Assembly: GCF_036321535.1 (NCBI RefSeq)
Contig: NC_087436.1
Location: forward strand, 11,470,001 to 11,534,000
DNA: 64,000 nt
Direction: 5' to 3'
Source: Camelus dromedarius
Lineage: Eukaryota
Below, piece after piece: positions 51,045 to 63,430 of the stretch (within the stretch, counting starts at the first letter, position 1; each line of letters begins with the position of its first letter). The notes beneath the pieces are model-generated. The model was not told the DNA's origin, did no database searches, and saw only the letters and a program-made list of their open reading frames with translations. A program made the translations under genes and the position numbers.

Positions 51045-52941
51045 TAGAGCCAATTAGATTTAGTAAGGTCATCAAATACAAGGACAAATACAAAAATCAG
51101 CGTTGGTGTATAAACGACTTTGTTTTATCCATCATTAATAAACAATTTAAAATGTAAGACTGAAAGGCTCCCAGACATCTCTAGTGACTACTTGATCCCT
51201 GGCACCACTTCCCATGGTCACAATCAGTGACCACCATCAAGATATTAATCTCAAAAATATCCCCACTTCTGAAATTTCATTTTCAAATACTCTACTACTT
51301 CCTTTTAGCTCAGTTACTCAAGTAACCCCCACTCTTCAACCTCTTGGAGACATCCAGTCCCTGGGCCATACCACAAGCTCAGGTTCCTCTCATCTTAGCT
51401 CCCTCCTGGCTTGTCTAGATTCCGTGGTCTTACCTCCCTTCCCCCTCCCAACCCTTGACCTCCCCTGGGTTGGTGGGGGGGGCGGTGGTAAGGGGGTGGG
51501 TGGTGTTAGGGAATCATTCTGGTTTAAAACTTTCTAAGAATTTGACATTTTAGGGGTCATCACATAATTAAGACATACTGTTTGGTATGAAAGTATACAG
51601 TATGGCACGTTAAAGTGAATGTAAAATAGAAGAACTCTATCTAAAGTGGAAACATAAGCCCCCTTAACAGAGCAGGACAAAAGGGACTCAAGCAGAGATA
51701 AACTGAAAACAACAAGAACTCACCGTTTGTTCCTTACGAGAGATTATTGCTGGTAGCGCAGTAACTGGAGAAGTGCCTTCTCTGATGGCAGCCTCCTCCC
51801 CTCCAGCAGTGGGTAAACACTATGTTCTGGTACTCCATTTTGTTTTTTCTTTTTTCTCCAATATTGTTCCCAGGTAAAAAGAACCATAGCTTTTCAAAAT
51901 GTTTGATTCTGTGTCTTGAAGCAGGAAAAATCAAGACAAGCCTGGAACTTTGTGTTTTTTCTTCTTTTGTCCAGAAAGCAAAGATATTTGCATTCAGCAC
52001 CTGGCTGTTGAATACATAGAGGCTAGCCGGAAGAGAGGTAAGCACTAAGCACCATCAGTTTCCCTGCGTCCTAATTACCATGTTGTTCCCCAAGTGTTTG
52101 AATTCTTACAATTATTTTAAATTGGTTTTTGATCATCAGCCCAGGCATTCTGGAATTGCTTCCAACATATGCAGGTCCAGAAGAGATTTCCTCAGGAACA
52201 AAAGCACAAACCTTGCAAAGGCAGCCAGTATGATGAGTGGAATCGACACCTAATTAAAGACAGTAATAGCACATAAAACTATTGGTTCCCCAAGTTATTT
52301 CTTTTCAAACAATCTTTCTGTAACTTTCTCCTTTTAAACTGATTTTTATTTATATACATGTTACTGTTTGCATATTCATCTATATTACAATGGTTTTAGG
52401 GCTGAATTCCAATTTCATAAGCCAAGTTTGGTAGAAGGACCTTGACTCTCTGTTGATAGTTAAAAAAACCAAGGTAACACATAGCTACGAGGTCATTGCA
52501 ATGCAGTCATTTTTCTAGTATTGTCTACAAAGAGTGCTGAGGACTGAACAACCCAAGTTATGTGAGTTTTTTAAACCTCCACATTAAAACTACAAATGTG
52601 AGCTTCATTTCTTAAAGGGATGAAAATGTACAAAGATACATGTAAAAAGAGAGAATATGCTATGGAAAGAGGGACAATGCTACATAGAGTGAACTACATT
52701 GAAAACTAGCTAAGACATTTCATATATATATATATATTTTTTAGTTAAAATTACATTTATTGATAAGCCAACATTTGACCCTAACCCTAGTACACCAAAC
52801 CCGAAGTAGCACATATTCAGAAAGCTAAGACACGATTAAACTGAGAAAAATATATTAGAGAATGGAAAAGTAAATCTAAATTAAAAGATAAGGAGAAAAA
52901 AATTTAAATATACTGTAAATCCAAAATAGATCTTTTTTGCA

Positions 52942-53070
52942 GGAGAGGGTATAGCTCAGTGGCTGAGTGCATGCCTAGCATGCACGAGGTCCTGGTTCAA
53001 TCCCCAGTGCCTCCATTTAAATAAATAAATAAACATAATAACCGCCCTTCCCCAAAACCAAAAAACAAAC
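52942..53070 (+). mobile_element. Vic-1-like SINE
   Basis: gagagggtatagctcagtggctgagtgcatgcctagcatgcacgaggtcctgg. Confidence 0.92.
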
Positions 53071-53367
53071 AAAATAGTTCCTCTTTTACAGGGAGATAAA
53101 ATTTAGCAATTATGTCAAATAAATAAATTCAGGAATTGGTGGTAGAACAAGTTAAATGATTGGAGTGAAACTGACAGTATTTATACATGAGTAGTATTTC
53201 AGAAATAAACGCACTTAACTATAGAGGAAAAACAGTGAGAAAGCAAAACTACAAGCCGAGGAGGCACTCAGCATTGTTCTAAGCCCGCATAGAACCACGT
53301 TCTTCGAGCCCCTCGGGAGCTGGTCTGCACAGCCCATGGGCTGACTATGGGGGCCAGGTACGGAGAG

Positions 53368-53462
53368 GAGCGGTGGTACTTCATAACTACCAGAGGTAAA
53401 AGCCGCAGAAAGAAAGAAAAGAGAGTACCTAGCCTTAACATGTGAACATGATCAAAATCGGA
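53368..53462 (+). repeat. 95-bp direct repeat, copy 1
   Basis: Identical to 56945..57039. Confidence 0.97.
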
Positions 53463-53727
53463 ACAGGAGAATGCTTGCTTTGAAGTCTGCCTTCAGCATC
53501 TGGACACCTCGATTCGTCAGTGCCACATGAAGGCAGTGGTCCACCGCAACGTTCTCCGAATACAAGACCCGGTTCAATTTGATTCAGTCTTTCCCATGTA
53601 ATTCTAACCGTTCATTTTTATAACTAGGATCGGACGCATATTATCTCATGAATATTAAATACCTAAAAAAAGTAATTTTTTATAAACACTTGGTGGATAA
53701 AATACATATTTAAAATCAATCAGTGTA

Positions 53728-53942
53728 TAGTATATGTAAAATAAACAATAAGGACCTACTGTATAGCACAGGGAACTATATTCAATTTCTTATAATAAGC
53801 TATAATGGAAAAGAACCTGAAAAAATACATGCATGTACGAATATGTATAACTGAATCGCTCTGCTGTACACCTGAAACTAACATTGTAAATCAACTACAC
53901 TTCAATAAAAAATTAAATTTAAAAATAAGAAAAAAAAAAAAG
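53728..53942 (+). mobile_element. Short LINE-1 3' end
   Basis: 16-bp TSD aaaatcaatcagtgta (53712..53727 / 53943..53958), poly(A). Confidence 0.93.
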
Positions 53943-54504
53943 AAAATCAATCAGTGTAATTAGTAACTATTTTGTATTTTAGAAAACAGTATTTTGGCGG
54001 GCTTGGTTTACGTGAACAATGTTCTGAGCCGCCACTCTGCCTGCGCAGGTGGTCGGAGGCTGATTACTGGAAGCGCAGGTGAAAGTAGACTTCATCACAA
54101 ATAGGAGGCTCTGTTCTCATTTGAAGGAGTACAAGCCAAACATCATTGCTCCAATTCACTGATCTCTGCCTGTATTTCTTGCATTAAAAAATAATAACAG
54201 AAGGCAATTAAGCACATGAACAGACTGAATAAAACTGTTGGGTGTTAACCCTGAAAGAGAACACACCTAAATGTCATTCTCGTGATTGTGCAATTTCGTA
54301 ACACGTCTGCTCTCAAAAGGCGTTGCAGAAAAATCAGCTTAATTTCAGAAACATACATGTTATCTATGAACATGTAAATTTCAACAATACAGTCTCGAAG
54401 TTGAGGCACCTTTTCATTCTTCTCCTTCTCCTAATGAGGGTATGCTATACTTTTCTATCATGCTTGGTTGCTGTTCACTGAATAAACTCAACAGAAATTT
54501 GGCT

Positions 54505-54990
54505 ACTTTTTTAACTGAGATAATACTGATTTATAGCATTATATACGTTTCACATGTACAACATTATATTTCTACTTCTGTACACCCTACAGAGTGCTCA
54601 CCACCGAAAAATGTAGCTTCTATGAGTCACTGTACAGTTAATCCACTTCACCCACTTCACCCTCTCCTTCCCCTCTGGAAACCACTACTCTGTTCTCTGT
54701 ACCTACGTGTTTGTATTAGTTTGGTTTGTTCTAGTTTGGTTTGTTCATTTATTTTGTTTTTGTTTGTTCATTTATTAGTTTTTTAGATTCCACACATAAA
54801 TGAGATGATACCGTATTTATCTTTCTCTGTCTGACTTTTTTCACTTGGCACAGTGTCCTCAAGGTTCATCCATGTTGTCACAAATGGAAGGATTTCATCT
54901 TTTTATGGCTGAATAATATTTTAGTGTGTGTATGTATGTATGTATAATATATATATTATATATATACACATACATATATACCACATCTTT
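54505..54990 (-). mobile_element. Older LINE-1 3' end
   Basis: Antisense L1 3'UTR (ttagattccacacataaatgagat...). Confidence 0.85.
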
Positions 54991-55014
54991 ATTGAGATTT
55001 TACTATATTTAATT

Positions 55015-55819
55015 TTTTAAACATTTTTTACTGATTTATAATCATTTTACAATGTTGTGTCAAATTCCAGTGTAGAGCACAATTTTTCAGTTGAACATAC
55101 ATATATTCACTGTCACATTTTTTTCTCTGTGAGCTACGATAAGATCTTGTATATATTTCCCTGTGCTATACAGTATAATCTTGTTTATCTATTCTACAAT
55201 TTTGAAATCTCAGTCTATCTCTTCCCACCTCCTGCCCCCTTGGCAACCACAAGTTTGTATTCTATGTCTGTGAGTCTATTTCTGTTTTGTATTTATGCTT
55301 TGTTTGTTTGTTTGTTTGTTTTAGATTCCACATATAAGCGATCTCATATGGTATTTTTCTTTCTCTTTCTGGTTTACTTCACTTAAAATGACATTCTCCA
55401 GGAGCATCCATGTTGCTGCAAATGGTGTTATGTTGTCATTTTTTACGGCTGAGTGGTATTCCATTGTATAAATATACCACATCTTCTTTATCCAGTCACC
55501 TGTTGATGGACATTTAGGCTGTTTCATGTCTTGGCTATTGTAAATAATGCTGCTATGAACATTGGGGTGCAGGTGTCATCCTGAAGTAGAGTTCCTTCTG
55601 GATATGTGCCCAGGAGCGGGATTCCTGGGTCATATGGTAAGTCTATTCCTAGTCTTTTGAGGAATCTCCATACTATTTTCCATAATGGCTGCACCAAACT
55701 GCATTCCCACAGGCAGTGAAGGAGGCTTCCCTTTTCTCCACAGCCTCTCCAGCATTTGTCATTTGTGGATTTTTGAATGATGGCCATTCTGACTGGTGTG
55801 AGGTTATACCTCATTGTAG
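55015..55819 (-). mobile_element. Young LINE-1 3' end (same family as 1..1165)
   Basis: 15-bp TSD ttactatatttaatt (55000..55014 / 55820..55834); ORF2 C-terminal motifs. Confidence 0.95.
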
Positions 55820-56944
55820 TTACTATATTTAATTATTACATAAACAATTCACCTGGCTTTAAAAGCCAGGAAAACCAGAGTTGTAGGCCTGAGTCATATA
55901 ATCACATATATTTCAACAACAAAGTTGAATGAAAATTAAGAGGCTTGGGACCTTAAAGGCTTGGAGGGACAGAAACCAAGTGCAAGTATGGTTGGGAGAC
56001 TGAGCAGAGGCTGGAGAACTGTGCTTTGCAACATGCCCAGTCTAGTGTGTTTTTTGCACAGTCATTTCCAGACCCGCTTAGACTCCTACATTTTATCTCA
56101 CAGTGTGAGCTTGGTGACTGTCTCATTTTTTTTTGTATGTCTGTAAAACGGGACTAGAGGAATCTATGTATACCCCTCTCCCAACGCTTATGAAAAAGAC
56201 TGGCAAACATGTGGTACACACTTCAATTTTAAATGTCATAAACAGGCAAGTCTACGATTTTACTTGTTGTTTTTCTTATCCAACCATGATTTTGGTTTTT
56301 TGGAACAAACCAGAATATGCCTACATCTGCACACTACTGGTCTGTTTCATGTGGGTTTCCTGTTTTATTGAATCGGTATTTTGTCAACACACCAGTAAAG
56401 ATCTTAAAACACATATATTTTACTTGAATCCTTTGTAGAATAACCATGTGCTTTAATGTGATTATAAACATTGGAATAAATCTAGCCTCAAAAAAATAGA
56501 GGATTCTCTATATGCTTATGATATTTCTCTTTCCAGACATTTTCTGTTTGGAAATAGATATTGTCTGAAGACAACATATAGAGACATTAAGAAGTAAGGA
56601 TAGTAAGGGGATAATAAGGTATTCTATATTTGGAAAAATTACTTTTTTAAGATAGAATTTTGAAAGAGTGTATTGTTTCAGAGAAGAACTAAGACTATCT
56701 AGAATTTGAGGAGCTGCTCTGAATCCAGAACTATTTCATTTGCCACGTTGATGTGATTTCTCTTTTTCCCCTGGGCTAGTTTCATCCCAATTCTTTACTT
56801 TTTCTTTTCAATAAAAGTAGTTGTTCTTCTTCAGGCACAAAAACAGTCTGTTATTTTGATAGATACTTGGTTTATAGGGATAATAATTTCCAAAACTTTA
56901 TTATGATTTTTTGATGGAGGAGTAGGAAGGTTCCCCACATATAT

Positions 56945-57039
56945 GAGCGGTGGTACTTCATAACTACCAGAGGTAAAAGCCGCAGAAAGAAAGAAAAGAG
57001 AGTACCTAGCCTTAACATGTGAACATGATCAAAATCGGA
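56945..57039 (+). repeat. 95-bp direct repeat, copy 2, ending in an inverted repeat (57024..57050)
   Basis: Identical to 53368..53462; catgatcaaaatc-g-gattttgatcatg. Confidence 0.97.
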
Positions 57040-58114
57040 TTTTGATCATGCTCAAATATTTCTAATGAGCAAATTAAATATTTTTTACAAGGTAAAATGT
57101 TTGACTTGACATTTCTACTTCCTGGCCAGTAAAAGCATATGGAGAATTTAGGCACTTATAGTTAGTGATAATTAGCATATTTACAGTATATTTAAATATA
57201 TTCAAATATATAATATATTAAATATATTTAATCATACCATTCAACACTCCAATTTTACAAATCTTTACCTACCATTTTCATCACCATCAGCCCAACCATG
57301 CTGTTCAAGGCAGACCTAGAACCAATGGAAAATCAAATTTGGCCACTCTAAGATTCTTTAAAAGTAATAGATTCTGTATTTCTAAATATCTAAACTGCGT
57401 GTTTTGGTTTTCTTAATGACCTTATGATCATGAAATCCACATCTTTTTACTACAGCCCATTGAGAGCAGTTTGTTAGAGGTGCTTATAGTTCTTCTAACG
57501 GTTTAAAATGAGATTAAACACCTGTGACTCTATTAATGCCACTGCGTCCTCCTTTTTCTCTCCAAGATCATCACTGTACCCCATTTCATACTTGCTTAAC
57601 ATTTACAATATGCCAAGAACTATACAAAAGACAAAATTTCATCCCTTGGGACTGGAACTTAAAAGAATCCCATTTCTTTTATCTTATTGTGGGAGTCTGG
57701 GGGAGTATTCTCCCTAACAAGCGTATATGTATTCGTGGGAAATCTAGCAATTGGTGTCCATTCAAGCTTGGAAAATTTTATGAGTATATTCGACAAGCTA
57801 ATTGTGAAAGGGTTGGTGAGGGAGAGCTGTTCTCCCAGTGTCTGGAGAGCTGGAATTGAATCTGGTAAGACTGGCAAAAATGAGACCAGGGAAGGTGAAA
57901 AGGGCCATGGAAGGAGGGAAAAGGATAAAAACTGATGTCCACCAGTGAGAACAGAGAAGCCACCCTTCATAGCTGGGAGCGGGTCTGACCCTTCCATCAG
58001 CCTCAGGAGGACACCCTCGCACCTGGCCCTGCTGTTGACTACACGCCTGTGCCTGGAGCACCAGCCTTGGGCGAGCTCACTGCGTGTCCCTGATGAAGGG
58101 AAACAGAAATAAGA

Positions 58115-58785
58115 CCATTGTGTAATTATGTCTGAGCTCAGCCATAAACAAGGTCACTATGGAGTTGTAAACATGGTAAACGCCCTCTCTCCCAGCAGAG
58201 TAATTGCTGGTTCTTTACTGATTGCAGCTTTAGCCCCGCTTCAATTCTCCTGCCTTCTACGTAAAAGTGATTATGACATCCAGTCATAGAATTGCTCTTG
58301 CTTTCCCAAACACCCAATCCATGGCAAATGCCTGCTTAAAAAAATGTTTTCATTGAAGTACAGTTGATTTACAATGTGTTAGTTTTAGGCATACAGCAAA
58401 ATGAATGAGTTATATACATATATATGTAGTCATATATATAAGAATATATGTGTATATATATCCTTTTCCGTTATTGCAGGATATTAAGTTTAGTTCCCTG
58501 TGCTATACAATAGGACCTTGTTGTTTATGTAATTTATATATAGTATTGTGGATCTGCTAATCCCAAACTCCTAATTTATCCCTCCCCATCATGCCTACTT
58601 TTTGAGCCTTCCCCCAAACGTGTAACACAAGCCAAATTCTCATAGAAAGTTCTTTCTAACTCTTTTTCACTGGGAGGCCCTATACTTCCCCCATAGTGTG
58701 TGGTCTCCATGATTGTAGTGAACTCAGCCAACAATCTCAATTGTGTTTGACTGCAGGTGTATTACTGATGGGTTTTGGCAGCAGT
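58115..58785 (+). mobile_element. MER31/MER67-like LTR interrupted by an antisense L1 3' fragment (about 58340..58590)
   Basis: Ends with tgtttgactgcaggtgtatt..tgatgggttttggc, MER31-like. Confidence 0.6.
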
Positions 58786-58839
58786 GTATAAACAAGAGGC
58801 AGGCCCAGATTGAGAATTTCTATAGATTTTCTTTTCAAA

Positions 58840-58990
58840 ATGTGTCAGAATCACCTGAGCCTGCTTCTAAAGATGAAGCTTCCTGGGCTCAATCCTAGAT
58901 CACCTGAGCCCCAGCTAAGGCCCAGCACCTGCATTTTCACAAGCTTCCTGGGTGACTCCCCAGGTATATGAAAGCCTGGAAATAATTGCT
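58840..58990. mobile_element. MER5A-like DNA transposon
   Basis: cagaatcacctg..ggcccagcacctgcattttcacaagcttcctgggtgact. Confidence 0.75.
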
Positions 58991-59472
58991 TGATATGTTT
59001 CCCCATGTGCTGAGGACTTTTCCATCCAAGTAAAGCCAGCAGGGCACTGTGCACCTCACCCACACACGTACCTCTCCTTGGGAGGTCACTTCCAAAACCT
59101 TGCAAGCTTAAAAGCACAGTTTTGTAAATAGAGCTGATCCTCATTGTATTGCAAGCGCTCAAGGCCTGGCAGGTTCACGCGGGACTCGGGCAGACTTAAG
59201 AGCACTCTCAGCCGTGGGTATCTCTGACATGCCTTTATTGCGAAGGAGTACACAGGCTTCAATGGTGGTGGTGGAAAGTCCCACCTGCCTTGTATATCAA
59301 AGCAAACAGAGCCGGCATCTAGCCAGCTATGACCTGTGGGCTAACCAGGGCACGTGTGCAGCGCAAGTCATCATTACATAACGGTACGTGGGTCCCGCGC
59401 ATGCGGGGTAATACTGCTGAGTCACTGGGCACGCGTCGTCCGGCGGGGGAGCCTGAGTAACTCCATTTTCCC

Positions 59473-59665
59473 TACACACGTTATTTGCAGATTCTCCATT
59501 TGCGAATTCACCTACTTGCTAAAATTTGTTTGGAACCCCCACATCCATACTTGTGGCCCTTTGAGGTCATTTGCGGACGTGTGCAGAACCTCGAAAATCT
59601 GCATGCCGGATGCGCACAGTTTTAGCTGAGGTGGAAGCAGGCGCCCCCGCCTTGTTTCAGTTCTC
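59473..59665 (+). mobile_element. MER6-like (TcMar-Tigger) fragment
   Basis: atttgcgaattcacctacttgctaaaatttgtttg..ggtcatttgcggac..cagttttagctgaggt. Confidence 0.75.
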
Positions 59666-59844
59666 CTGGGGAGAGGACTGGAGCGCGGAGGGGGAAGGGC
59701 GGGCGGTGCACGAGGCTTCCGCTGTGGGGCCAGTCGGAGGGAGCTTGAGTCCAGGTCTAGCATCTGTGAATGAGGCAGCCTCAGGCAAGCCACCTAATAT
59801 TCCTGGAACCTCCAGGTCTCTGTCTCTGTCTCTCTCTCTCTCGA

Positions 59845-60560
59845 TTTCTTTTTACTGTGGTAAATTATATATAACATAAAATGTACCATTTAAACCATTT
59901 TTAAGTATACAATTCTATTGTATTCAGTACATTCAGAACATTCTGCAGCCATGATTGTCATCCATTTCCAGACCTTTCCCATCACCCTAAACAGAAGCTC
60001 TGTCTCCGTGAAACAATAATGTCCCATCTCCCCTGGTGACTTCTATTGGACTTTCTGTCTCTAAGAATTTGTTTATTCTAGGAACCTTATATAAGTAAAA
60101 TTATGAAGCAGGTGTCCTTTGTGTCTGGCTTATTTCACTTAGCATGGTATTTTCAGATTTCATCTGCATTGTCATATCAGAATTTCATTCTTCATCACAG
60201 ATGAATAATATTCCATTGTATGTATGCACCACATTTTGTGCATCCATTCACAGGGACATCTAAGTTGTTTCCCCTTTTGCCTATTGTGAATAACACTACC
60301 ATGAGCATCCACGTACAAGTGTATGTTTGAGTTCCTGTTTTCAGTTCTTTGTGATATACACCTAGAAGTGGAATTTCTGGGCCATGTCACACTTCCCTGT
60401 TTAACTTTTTGAGGAACTGCCAAACTCTTTGCCACAGCAGCTGCATCATTTTACATTCCCACCAGCAAGGCACAAGGTTTCTATTTTCTCCACATCCTGA
60501 CCAACATTTATCTTCCTCTTAAAAAAAAAAAAAAGCCATCCTTATAGGGTTGAAGTGGTA
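59845..60560 (-). mobile_element. L1MB-like 3' fragment
   Basis: Antisense ORF2 end (KMWCIHTMEYYS) and 3'UTR. Confidence 0.85.
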
Positions 60561-60892
60561 GTTTTCTTTTTTGTAAAATAAAGAAAATAGAATCTACCAG
60601 GGTTAGTTTTTTTCAGATGTGAAGATTATAATTGGTGTGAGATATATATATATATAAATTTGCTTCCATGCCTTCTCAAGGCATATTACCCTCTTAGCCT
60701 TGTGATAAATTCACCAACCCAGAAGCTCTCTGAGTCTCCTTGTTCAAAAATTTTATAGAGTTTAATCCCTAATACCTCCTCCCTCCCCCTAGGTCAGTGG
60801 GTGGGTCTGAGAGCCCCCACCCTTTAATCGCTTGGTCTTCTGGTGACCAGACCCATCTTGAGGCTACTTAGGGTCCCCATCCTAAGTCACTT

Positions 60893-61523
60893 TGTAACCG
60901 AGCAGGACCTGCCTGGAACAGACCTCCCCCACCCCACCATGTCCTCCACCTGCCTCTTGTCTGTAGAAAAACTTTAGTCTCCTAGGCTTCCCCAAGTTCC
61001 AAAGAGTACGTTTAATCAGAGAAGTGAGAAAATACAGAAACAAAGGAAAACAGTCAAGCAAGACAAAATAATACTAGTTTAGCCATTAAAATAAGTCAAA
61101 GATCTTTAGTTCCTCCTCCAGGGCTGTAGATACTATCCTGAGCCATGTCCTTTGAGCTGTTTTGCAGAGACTGAAACCCCCACCAGGTGGAAGAAGTTAA
61201 CTGCATGCAGCCCACAAGCACATAGACCCCAGGCTGGTTGGAACCGGAAGGTTGATGATGTTGACTCCTGATGACCTTACCACCCACCAATCAGAAGACT
61301 GTCCACGAGCTGATCACATACCCCACAGCCCCCTCCCTCACCCTGCCTTTAAAAACCTTTCTCTGAAAACCACTGGGGAGTTAGGGCCTTTTAAGCACTA
61401 GCTTCCCTGTTCTCCTTGCTTGGCACCTGTAATAAATTCTGTACTTTCCTTCAGTACAACCTGGTGTCAGTAGATTGGCTTTACTGCACGCTGGCAAGCA
61501 GATCCAAGTTTGCTTCGATAATA
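60893..61523 (+). mobile_element. MER41-related ERV1 LTR nested in a MER21-like LTR (about 60600..61660)
   Basis: tgtaaccga...ttcgataata termini, AATAAA at 61431; MER21 motifs cctaagtcac and aactcaggtgtg..caggaaattctaaggg on the two sides. Confidence 0.8.
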
Positions 61524-62039
61524 ATGTCATAGCACGAACTCAGGTGTGCTCCAAAAGGACTCCTAATGAATTCCTAAAGACTCATCACTCAGGAAATTCT
61601 AAGGGTTCAAGACCTCTGTGCCCAGAACCAGACATAAAAGATGTAATATTTCTTGTACCACAACCTCAAAACTCATCCATTTACATGCTGGTGAACATTT
61701 GGGATGTATCCAGTTTTTCACCATTACAAGCAATGTTGTAATTAATATCCCTGAACACATCTTCTGATGCATGTGTGCAAGAATTTCTCTAGGACATTCT
61801 CTCTAGAGATGAAACTGAAGAGTCATATAGATTATGCATATTTTCAACTTTACTAAGAACTTGGCAAATTATTCTCAACTTGGTAATTGTATTTATTTGC
61901 ACCCCTACCAAATGTTTGGGATTTCCAATTTTCTCTCACCCTCAAATCCTTCTTTCATGCCTCAGTGTGCACAAAACAATGTAGGAAGGAAGGAAAACAG
62001 CATTTATTGAATGGCCTACTCTGCACACTAAATATGCAT

Positions 62040-62651
62040 TGTTGGGGTTCAGGACACACTACCCCCAAATATGGCACTTTGGTAAATTAAATATCTTAAG
62101 CTCAAAGAGCTTGCGAAAATGGTAGAAGCAGGAAAGTCACTCTGAACCACTCCCTGCCTTCTGTCTTGAAAGAAAATAAATCTCCCATGTGAGACGTACC
62201 CTCCCTGTACCAGGAGGGTGGAAGGCATCCTCACCACCAGAGACAGGGAATTTGGGGCTGGGAAGGCTGTGTAGATGAACTTGTCTGTTACTTCTTCCCC
62301 ATTTTGCTATCCTAGGCCAAACTCCTTTTTCTTGTCAATTTTTAAAAAACAAATTTAGTTTTTCTTCGTCTAAAATATGTAAGAGCTTCCTGCTTTGTTC
62401 ACTTCTATGAGTCTCATATCTTTGTGGAACTGATGTATCTACTATGTAATTAAATATGTCTTTCTCCATTTAAAAAAATTTTTATTTGTCTTTTTTTTTT
62501 TTTAATGGAGGTGCGTGCTAAGCATATGCTCTGCCACTGAGCTACTTCCCACCCCTCTGTTTTTCTCCTGTTAATCTGCCTTTTTACTTACAGAGGGGTC
62601 TCAGCCAAGAACCTAGAAGGGTAGAAGGAATATTCTTTTTCCTCTCCTACA
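62040..62651 (+). mobile_element. MER34-like ERV1 solo LTR with a nested truncated SINE (about 62471..62555)
   Basis: TG...CA termini, TSD gcat/gtat; 3' end nearly identical to the LTR at 10961..11498. Confidence 0.85.
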
Positions 62652-62830
62652 GTATTCACTGTTTTCATATGTGCTATTTCATTTGACCCTTCCTTGTTTT
62701 ATTTATTCCTCTTTATCATCATTTCCACACCTATTCTCCACCCCCTCCTCACAAACACATCTCTTTCTAATGGGCTTAAAGTATATCCTTATGTTTGCAT
62801 GAACTTGTGTTTTGCATGCATGCATTTTTT

Positions 62831-63430
62831 TAATTGAAGTATAGTCAGTTTATAATGTGTCAATTTCTGGTGTATAGCACAATGAATGTTTCAGTCATAC
62901 ACATACACACATATATTCATTTTCATATTCTTTTTCATTATAGGTTACTGCAAGACATTGTTTATAGTTCCCCCTACTATACAAAAGAAAATTTTTGTTT
63001 ATCTATTTTATATGTAGTAGTTAGTATCTGCAAATCTCAAACTCCCAGTTTATCCCTTCCCACCCCCTTGTTCCCCAGTAACCGTAAGATTATTTACTTT
63101 CTGTGAGTCTGTCTCTGTTTTGTAGATAAGTTCATTAGCTTCTTCTTCTCCTTCTCCTCCTTCTCCTCCTCCTTCACCTCCTCCTCGTCCTTCTTCTTCT
63201 TCTAAGATTCCACAGATGAGTGATATCATATGGTATTTTTCTTTCTCTTTCTGGCTTACTTCACTTAGAATGATGATCTCCAGGTTCATCCTTTTTGCTG
63301 CAAATGGCATTATTTTATTCTTTTTTATGGCTTAGTAGTATTCCATTGTAGAAATATACAATAGCTTCTTTATCCAGTCATCTGTTGATGGACATTTAGG
63401 TTATTTCCATGTCTTGGCTATGGCATATAA
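62831..63430 (-). mobile_element. LINE-1 3' end containing a (TTC/TCC)n tract at 63140..63202
   Basis: 18-bp TSD tgcatgcatg(c/t)atttttt; MPFAA..MNLEIIILSEVSQ motif. Confidence 0.92.

Noticed and set aside
57687..57935. VFVGNL resembling an RRM RNP2 motif
   Set aside because: No RNP1 motif at the expected spacing; not enough to call an RRM domain
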